NCBI GenBank assembly: GCA_964016885.1
Contig: OZ024743.1
Coordinates: forward strand, 170,748,001-170,812,000
Length of the DNA: 64,000 nucleotides
Source: Eledone cirrhosa
Lineage: Eukaryota
Reading direction: 5' to 3'
The notes under the pieces were generated by a model, which worked only from the letters and a program-made list of their open reading frames with translations, had not been told where the DNA came from and did not search any database. Position numbers and translations under genes: made by a program. Position 1 is the stretch's first letter. Each line of letters opens with the position of its first letter. Shown piece by piece: positions 55,731 through 64,000 of the stretch.

Positions 55731-56759
55731 GGCATACATCTAGTATGCACTACCTTCCTCTCAATACACCTCCCACATCCTAACACCCCACCCATGTCCT
55801 AACACTCTACCCCTTCTTCATGCCTATAGATCTACCTCACCAATCCCCATGCACATCCCTCACTCAACTCCCCAGCCCACACTATAAAGTGATCATGTTG
55901 GTGACACAACAAAAAGTGCTCAGCCCACACTGTAAAGTAGTCATAACAAAAAGCACCCAGTCCACACTGTTGTCAAAGTCAAAGTTCTATTGCTTCAGGA
56001 AAATGTTAGAAACCAAGCCCAAATCACGATCATCCAGCCTGGCTTGTCTCGCCTAACCCATGCTAGTGTGGAAAATGGGCGTTAAATGGTGATGATGACG
56101 ATAAACTTAATGATGCTAAAGTATCATCATTAAGTTTATTCATGTGTGACATGCGTTTCACGATTGATCAGCTCAAGTTACGATACATATTGATTGAGCC
56201 AAACTCTCGAATCAGACTCATGATTTCCTTAGTTTTAAGGAAATCATGAGTCTGCTAAGCTATTGATTCAAGAACCAGGCCCAATTGGTATATATATATA
56301 TATTTAAAAAACGCGATAATATTGCTTTATGCTGAACTCCATATCTTTTGATGAGTTTTTTTCGGAATGTTTTGACTGCTGTCTCTTGTAAACGGTCATT
56401 CGTCTCATTCTGATGTCACTAGCCCTGTCTCCATGTGTGTTTATTAATTCAATTCCACACGAGGTTTGACTAGCCTGCTTTTAAATTTCCCTTTGGCATA
56501 TTTTAGCTGTGGGTCTTAGTTAACGTTGTTGAGCACAACTGAGGAACGACGCCAACCGTGACTAACCCCCACTAAAAGTTTCGTGAAATAGTCTTTTTTA
56601 GACTATATAGTGCATTTGTAGATTTTTCCAAATTGACGGATAAGTATTTACTCTTAATTTTATTTTGAGTTAAGATTCTTCTATTTTGATAACACAAGAA
56701 AAACAATAAACGGCCAGAGTGTAATCACGTGTTATGTCTGAGTGGTTGGTTTTGCTGTA

Positions 56760-57120
56760 GTGTGAAAAGATGTATGGAACTAATCTTTATTGGATTTGAA
56801 TGGGAGTATGGCAGTCTCGGCTCGCTGGCTGAAAGTGCCAACCCAAAAGGGTCAGAGGGAGTATTTGTTGGCAATTACATTGTTCTGTACTGACTGATGG
56901 ACAGCAAGGAGTGGTCTATTTATGAGAATCCTGTTGTCTTTGACACTAAACAGATGGCTCTCATAAACTGTATTCTTCCAACAGTTTGTTGTCCCCAAAC
57001 AAAAGAAGTAAAATATTGTTTGAACTTTTGAAGATCTAAGAGATTATGAGGTTCTTAGAAGATGCAAGAAAACTCAGACTCAGAAAATAGCTGTAAATGC
57101 AGCTTGTTGTCACAAATAAC
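56760..57120 (+). pseudogene. Possible Mutator-like transposase relic
   Basis: FEDLRDYEVLRRCKKTQTQ resembles the F.DL....LL.RC....TQN motif; VLTDG upstream. Confidence 0.35.
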
Positions 57121-57471
57121 TTACAAAACTGAATAAAGAATCCTTTATAGATGGAAAAAAGAGGACCAGCAGTTGTTATAAAGAATCAAACTCAATCAGA
57201 TACCGGCTGGGCCATTTCGCTCAATGGTTAGAGCAGTCAGCTGATATTTTAAGACTATTTTTAGCAACCAGTTATAATATTTATAGTTATTTTCTGCGTA
57301 TGGGTTTTCCTACATTTTCTATGAATATATATATATATATATATGAATGTATGTATAGTATATTTGGCAATATACTGTATGCTTAATTAAAAACATTTCG
57401 AAGGCCATACGCAATCGGTTTTAAAGTAGTGACTATGTCACTTACTTCTTTTCAGTGAAAGAAGGGAGAGA

Positions 57472-57515
57472 AGCTAACAGTCTGTTTCAAGCTGGTTGGC
57501 GATCATCAGAGCCAC
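57472..57515 (-). ncRNA. Type I hammerhead ribozyme
   Basis: ggct-CUGAUGA-ucgccaaccagcuu-GAAA-cagacug-UU-agcu. Confidence 0.65.
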
Positions 57516-57959
57516 GCACCCCCTGCTTCCGCTGAAAATTATAGAAGCTGGACCGGCAATTGCTCTGTATAATTAGCTCATGATTATTACTGGAATTCTA
57601 TAAGAATCCAGCTTCTATAATTTTTGGCGGAAGCAGGGGTGCGTGGCTCTGATGAACGCCAACCACCATAAAACAGACTGTTAGCTTCTCTCCCTTCTTT
57701 CGCCGAAAAGAAGTAAGTGACATAGTCACTACTTTAAAACCAATAGCGTATGATCTTCTAAATATTTTTAATTAAACATACGGTATATTGCCAAATATAC
57801 TATACATACATTCTTGTATACATCGCTATTTCAGAGCACCAATCCTAATGCCTAATTTTTGCTGGACCGGCAATCGCTCTGTTTAATCAGCTCATGATTA
57901 TTACTGGAATTCTATAAGAACCCAGTTTTTATAATTTTTGGCGGAAGCAGGGGGTGCAT

Positions 57960-58001
57960 GGCTCTGATGATCGCCAATCACCGTGAAACAGACTGTTAGT
58001 T
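57960..58001 (+). ncRNA. Type I hammerhead ribozyme
   Basis: ggct-CUGAUGA-ucgccaaucaccgu-GAAA-cagacug-UU-aguu. Confidence 0.7.
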
Positions 58002-58458
58002 TCTCTCCCTTCTATCGCCGAAAAGAAGTAACATAGTCACTACTTTAAAACTGATAGCATATGGTCTTCTAAATTATTTTAATTAAACATATGGTATATT
58101 GCCAAACTTTATATTAAGATGGAGTTGTTTATGCTTAGTATTTGACTTTCTCCATCCTATTCAAATATGAGGTGCCTTTTCTGATGATAGCAATTATTAT
58201 ATATTGGATTTTACTATGCTGATTATATTTACTCAATATTAATTCCTTTGATTGGTCTGAATGTTTATTTTGCTGACTACACTCAGTTGATATTATTCTG
58301 AGTTCAAATCCCGCCGAGGTTAACTTTGCCTTACGGGGTCGATAAAATAAAGTACTGAGATAATTGCTGGCCTTGTGCCTAAAGTAGAAACAATTATTAC
58401 CTTTGAAGAATAATAGCTTATCTATATATTTATGACTGAAAGACGTAGTCAAACTTTT

Positions 58459-58511
58459 GGCACTGTCATGGTATTAGTTGTCAGAAGTGAAAGTAATACC
58501 ATGACAGTGCC
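58459..58511. mobile_element. 53-bp Merlin-like micro-MITE
   Basis: Perfect 18-bp TIR GGCACTGTCATGGTATTA; 8-bp TSD AAACTTTT at 58451-58458 and 58512-58519. Confidence 0.75.
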
Positions 58512-58869
58512 AAACTTTTTATTAAAATATATTTTGTAAATATTTTTATATTCTTAAATTTATAATTGATCTATGCTTTTATAGACTTTTGTAATGCTTA
58601 TGATATATGTTTATTTATTAATTATGATATATGCCTTACACTATGCTTAACTTCTGTATAGCTGCATATTTCTCTATACCAGCATGTTTTTAAGATTTTT
58701 GGTGCTTTTAGCTGCTCATAATTGCATTTATATGCTCATATTTTTCATATGCCTCTTCTATCTTTGCTTTCTTCTCTTATATGAATGTTAATATTTATGC
58801 TTTCTTCCCATATTGTGTATCCTCAAAATGTTCTTTGACAAGTTTATTTATGTTTTAACCTTTGATTTA

Positions 58870-58906
58870 TACTCCGATGAATACTTGGATGAAACGATCG
58901 TTAGTA
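58870..58906 (+). ncRNA. Minimal hammerhead, degenerate (CCGAUGA core), at the end of an AT-rich pLTR-like tract
   Basis: tact-CCGAUGA-auacuuggau-GAAA-cgaucg-UU-agua. Confidence 0.55.
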
Positions 58907-59036
58907 ATTAAATGTTCTAAAACACTCTTTGATTGTTGTTTATAAAGCTCTGTAATATACTTGTTATTTTACATTGAGCTATTCTTATACTTGTATTGGA
59001 TAATATTTAATATTACCCACATTTTTTATATATATG

Positions 59037-59084
<48 letters not shown>

Positions 59085-59169
59085 TGTATATATGTATTTT
59101 CTCTTTCTCTTAATTTCGAGTACATTTTTAACCGGCCACCTTCCTGGTGGCAAGGTTGTAAAAGAAAAG

Positions 59170-60390
59170 AAATTGTCATTCCTTGAATCGCAAGAATGTT
59201 TTGCAAATTTTTAAGGTGCCAGCTATTGCAACCAAGTTCAGCCATTCTGTGGTCCCAGCGGGTTGGTATATAATCTGTAGCTCCAATAATGATGGGTATG
59301 AAGCTGAAGGTATATCTTAGATAATGGATCTGCAAACTCTTCATCAATGGTCCGTAAATGTCCTCCTTCTCCTGTATTTTTCTTATAATGTTGACATCAA
59401 GTACACAGCTGATCTCTACAACCAAGCTCGTTTTCAATGTGTGGTCCCAAACAACAATATCAGGCCAGTTGTGTTTTAATTTGGTGGCAGGTTTTATTTT
59501 CAGGTTCCACCAGTATTCTTTAGTGCCATCTATCTCAACATATTCCTCCGCATTTGGTTTTAATTTTGTTTTCCTAAGTGTGCCCCAGATGGTTCTAGCT
59601 ATCACATCGTGTCTCATAGGGAGGTAGTAACGAGATGACATTCTTTCATAGTTGGCAACAATATGACTAACATCTTCAATCTTTGTTTTACATAGCTTAC
59701 ATTTATTGTTGACTGATGACCCTCCTCTTTTGTGTAGCAGATATTTGGTAGGGATTTCTTGTTCCTTGTATTGCATAGATACCCTTCAAGGTGGAATGTC
59801 ATAAACGTTTTGGAACGCCATGCGAGGCTTTTTGAATGATTTATCCCCTCTATGGTCTGTGATTTTCATTTCAGGTACCCATGTTCGAGCATTGAATAGG
59901 ATTTTTCAATATTCCTAGGAGAGAGATTTATATCAGGCCTTATTCCATAGCTCTTTTCCAGATTAGTGGCTATCCTAATGATATTATTTCCTTCATGCTC
60001 ATAAAACTGGGCAAGATGGTTGCTGGCATTTTTCTTCTGCTGAAGATGTTACTATCCGGGTCTCGTATGATGTTAATATTGATTTTAGACCCCGGCCACC
60101 TTCCTTGCGTGAGAAGTAAAGTCTATCTACATCACCATTGATGTTAAAGTTTCCAGTAACACTGAGAAGCTTGCAAGTTCTAACATCCATCTCACTTAGT
60201 TCTTGCAATGACCAGTTCAGCAAGTCAAATGTTAGTTAGAATTGGCACAGCATAAGTATTGTGGACAATGTATTTGTTGTACGCTGAGAGTTCTATGACC
60301 ATATCTTCTTTACTCTCTTGAGGTATTCAGTTGTGATTCTCTCATTATTTATGGGTCCATCATATCTAACATTCTCATCCTGTCCAAGAT
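59170..60390 (-). mobile_element. R4/Dong-like RLE retrotransposon fragment
   Basis: RLYFSRKEGGRGL; CKLC...EDVSHIV; RHD; HNWPDIVVWD; VEISC; PIIIGA. Confidence 0.85.
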
Positions 60391-60699
60391 ATGTATGCAT
60401 GTATGTATGTATATTAGCAGTGAAGGGTGACTTGGAAAACAGGGCATGCAGGCCAATCACCATGGTGGAGAGTGGAGCTGTGGAGTCTTCCCCTCCCCTC
60501 AAAAAATTATCCAGTGCTCCCTTCCCCCATTTGTGAATGGGGATATGAGCTAATTTTAATGTGAGAAAATGCACTTCTAGGAAAAGTCCACACTTCGGGT
60601 TTGATTCCCTCTCTCCGCTGGACTTGATACTCCTTCCTATTAGTAACACTCTGGTGACAGGCCTGCCATAATAACCCTTATCGTTTACGACAGAAAACT

Positions 60700-61660
60700 G
60701 AGTAAACAATAAAACCTATAAATAATGAAATATTTAAAATTCATTTGTAAATCAGTTCAATTCTTCATTTCTTTTTGGCAAATTCGTCCATCACTTTGCT
60801 ATGAAATGTATCAGTACCATGCTCTGTCTTCATCTTATTCAAAAGGTCGTCTTTATTCATCTCTCTTCACTTTGAGAACACCTCATATAATTATTTACTA
60901 CCCCTAATATAGAAAATGATCTTTCACATGAAGCAGATGTGGCAGATATGGTCAGAATCAGGTGTAATAATTTTGTTACTTCTGTCAGAGCTTGATTTAG
61001 TTCAAGTTCCCATATTAAGTCTGCAACTTCCTGGATGCTTGACATTTGCTTTGCAAAATCTGCAGCATAAACTGATTTCAGCTCACATTTCAAGCCATCC
61101 AAATCCAATATGTTTAAATAGACATACAAAAATAAAAACGCTTCCACCAGAAACATGAAAAAGCTTCGGATTCAACAATTCAACAAATCTGAACTCTCCC
61201 ATTGTTTTAAATCTTTGCTCAACGTGGACAATAACGTCATCCAAAATTCCAAAATGTTAACAGAACCTAGTAGTAAAATCCCCCAAACTTGTTCTTGATT
61301 TCAACCAATTGTTTCTGGCAGTTTTCAACCTCATCGAAATATGAAACTTTTTGAAGGATCGAAAACAGAATTTCTGAGTCACTCAATATGGTTTCAAAAA
61401 CAACTAATAAAAATTTAATCTGAAAAATGTTCCAAGGTTGCAATGAATCTCCTTGCCTGTGCTAATTCTGAAGCATTCCAACCCACTAGATTTTCTAATA
61501 TGGTTGAAAATAGCCCTAAAAACAGTAATTTTGTCATATAAATTGATAATTCCAACATCTCTCAGGTAAATTTTGAAATCACCTTCCAACGATTTCATCC
61601 AGTAGTCCTGTTCGACTTTTACGGAATTCAGATAGTTCCAAGATTTCCCAGGTAACGGAA
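60700..61660 (-). pseudogene. hAT transposase relic
   Basis: LILTISATSASCERSFS...YMRCSQSEER. Confidence 0.75.
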
Positions 61661-61664
61661 AGTG

Positions 61665-63480
61665 TCCATTATTTCTATAGAACCATCTGGGCAATAGAAG
61701 GAGCTAGTATCCTGTGAGCATTTGCTACTTATTGCACCTGAGCATCGGCCACATATAAAATCTACATTCTTAGATAGCTTACCTGTGACCCCACTACATC
61801 TTTTATGTACCTATAGTTTGCATTTGGCACATAAAATGGAATTTCTACCTACTCCTTTCACTGAGCATGGCCATTTCCCAGAGGGCACCTGTGCCCTATT
61901 TTCCTTTCTACATACTATAACTTTAGTCTTAGACAAGTTAACTTTAAGGCGTTTTGATTCTAGGCCATGCTTCCATGTTTGGAATTTCTTCTCTAGTTCA
62001 GCCATAGATTCAGCTATGAGAGTTAGATCATCTGTGTATAGAAGTTCCCATGAGCAGCCGGTCTTAAACTCTTCTGTTATAGCCTGAAGGGCAATAATAA
62101 ATATGAGGGGGCTAAGGATAGAGCCTTGATGAACACCAACTTTTACGTTAAATTTTCCACTATTCATTGTTAATTCTAACCTTGCTGACTGTTTCTTTAT
62201 ACATGGCTTGTATAGCTCTCACCTAGTTTTCTAAGAGCCCACCAGATAATGGAGCGGGGGGACTCTGTCAAAGGCTTTCTCCAAGTAGAGGGGTTTACTT
62301 TTAGCCAGCTACTTCTCTTGTAGTTGTTGTACAGGGAAAAGAGTGTCTGAGGTACTTTTACCTGACACAAACACAAACTGCATTTCATCTAGATCAATTC
62401 ACTCTCTGATGTGACCTTCATGACCTGGTCAACTAACTTAGAGCCTCTATAGTTTCCCCCATCTAGAGCATCTCATTTACCCTTGTAGCAGTTAATTATG
62501 ATGCTGCTGCTCCAGTCATTTGGTATGAACCCATTCTGTATTACTTGGTTTACTATCCGGGTGACCATAGTATGTCCCACCATTCCAGATGCTTTCAATA
62601 TCTTAGCAACTATTTCCGAAGGCCCAGCCTGTCTTCATATCTTTGATTGCCTTACTACTATATATCTTTGATTATATCTTACTTCATATCTTTGATTGCC
62701 TTACTATTATACTACCTTTAACTTGCACCGCTGGTCCCTCTATTGGATCGATTTGGGGCAGACTATTTTTTTCCCATTTATTCTCCTCATTTAGTAGTCT
62801 CTCGTCGTGACACTTCCAAGCTACCTTCTTATCAGTATTAGTGAAGGCAAGTACACTATCATCATTACGGACACACTTCTCCCCGACAATATCACGGTTT
62901 TCCTTGACACATTGTCTTGCAATCCTGAACACCTCACGTTTTTGGTCCTCACGTTGTAGAACATGCTTGAACTTTCTATCTTCTGCTTCCCTTCTTGCAA
63001 GGTACACTTGTCTCCAAGCTTCTCTCCTGGCCACTTGATAGTGTTCTCTACTTTCCCCATCCCACCTTACTTTCCGAGCCTGCTTTTTGGCCTTGATTGA
63101 CTTCTCCACCTTACTGTTCCACCACCAAGTTACTCTCATCCTGCCTATAGGTCTGCTCCAGCCACAGATTTCATCTGTCGCTTTCAGCAGGTTAACTTTC
63201 AAGAATTCCCACTGTTTCTCTATATTGTATGTCTCTAATTGTTCTTCCTTACTGTCAAAAGCATCAAGTAATATGCTTTTAAATTTGTTACTGGTTGTGG
63301 AGTCCATCAACTTCCATATTCTTCTCCTCAAGGTAGTCGTCCGTCGAGTACGTCTAGTCCTGACTATAAGGTCACTAACTATGAGGCTATGTTGGGAGGT
63401 GTCTAGTGTTTACGTCTTCTAGTAAGGATATAATCTATCTGGCTGGCGTGTTCCCCTGATCTATAGGTGATCAAGTGATT
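61665..63480 (-). mobile_element. RTE LINE internal fragment (end of APE through RT and PHD)
   Basis: TYRSG...QIDYIL, TWWWN, GVHQGSILSP, YTDD, GKWPCS. Confidence 0.88.
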
Positions 63481-63484
63481 GTCT

Positions 63485-63775
63485 CGTTTTTTGAAGTTTG
63501 TATTACAGATATGTTTCTTTATTAGCCACAGGGGCACAAAAGAAGGGGACAAATACAAAGGGGGAAATTTACATACAATAAAAACGTGTAAAATACTATC
63601 ACAAATGCAATTTAAAAATCAATCGATTTTCCCCAATAGGGGGAGACATTACATATGGGTAACCCCCGAAAAAATGTGCAAACCTCATCTACAGGAGTAC
63701 GAAAAGTGAGTACCCCTTTCCTCTCTTCCACTTTTTTCTCATCCTTCACTTTCACCCACCTTTCATAAAACTTGC
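63485..63775 (-). mobile_element. Tx1-like 3' end
   Basis: Minus strand ccctgtggctAATAAAgaaac matches the 3' end at 41390-41412. Confidence 0.6.
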
Positions 63776-63783
63776 TGGGGTAC

Positions 63784-64000
63784 ATTTTAGGTTTTTCGAA
63801 AAATAGAATATTTTAGGTTTTTGATCAAAAAAATCAATTTTTGAAATATTTCGAAAAGTAGAAAAAAATAGGTTATTTTAGGTTTTTCGAAAAATAGAAT
63901 ATTTTAGGTTTTTGATCAAAAAAGTCAATTTTTGAAATATTTCGAAAAGTAGAAAAAAATAGATTATTTTAGGTTTTTCGAAAAATAGAATATTTTAGGT
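63784..64000. repeat. 91-bp tandem repeat running off the window edge
   Basis: attttaggtttttcgaaaaatagaat recurs at 63784, 63875 and 63966. Confidence 0.9.

Larger units (their letters stand above)
57345..58105. mobile_element. Hammerhead-bearing ~315-nt repeat: one inverted partial copy plus two tandem copies (retrozyme/non-autonomous PLE-like)
   Basis: 57345-57552 is the reverse complement of ~57606-57813; gctggaccggcaat recurs at 57547 and 57861; HHR cores at 57472-57515(-), 57645-57686(+) and 57960-58001(+). Confidence 0.8.

Noticed and set aside
57208-57246. tRNA-like 5' half (tcgctcaatggttagagc)
   Set aside because: A-box only; no T-arm or acceptor stem.

Overview
Repeat-dense, AT-rich animal genomic DNA. 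The (TA)n/(CA)n microsatellites, RTE LINEs, Nin/Deu-type SINEs and Naiad-type Penelope elements suggest a mollusc, probably an octopus-like cephalopod (inference). One host gene is supported: a minus-strand CCDC169-like coiled-coil gene with three phase-consistent GT-AG exons (16347-16274, 4785-4703, 3192-3079), a possible fourth exon, and an RFX X-box upstream of the ATG. Most of the rest is transposable elements: a Gypsy LTR element (gag intact, pol broken), solo LTRs, a decayed autonomous Helitron plus non-autonomous ones, many RTE LINE copies, Tx1/L1 LINEs, R4-like fragments, hAT and Mutator relics, MITEs and Penelope-like elements (PLEs). Highlights: (1) a ~315-nt non-coding unit carrying a hammerhead ribozyme (HHR), present as one inverted and two tandem copies (retrozyme-like); (2) about a dozen intact to degenerate HHR cores across the window; (3) a C4HC3 PHD finger inserted inside the RTE reverse transcriptase; (4) a perfect 153-bp-arm fold-back that keeps the RT frame open; (5) a ~2.3-kb inverted segmental duplication; (6) a 53-bp Merlin-like element with TIRs and a TSD. 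All calls were made by eye, and TE boundaries are approximate.
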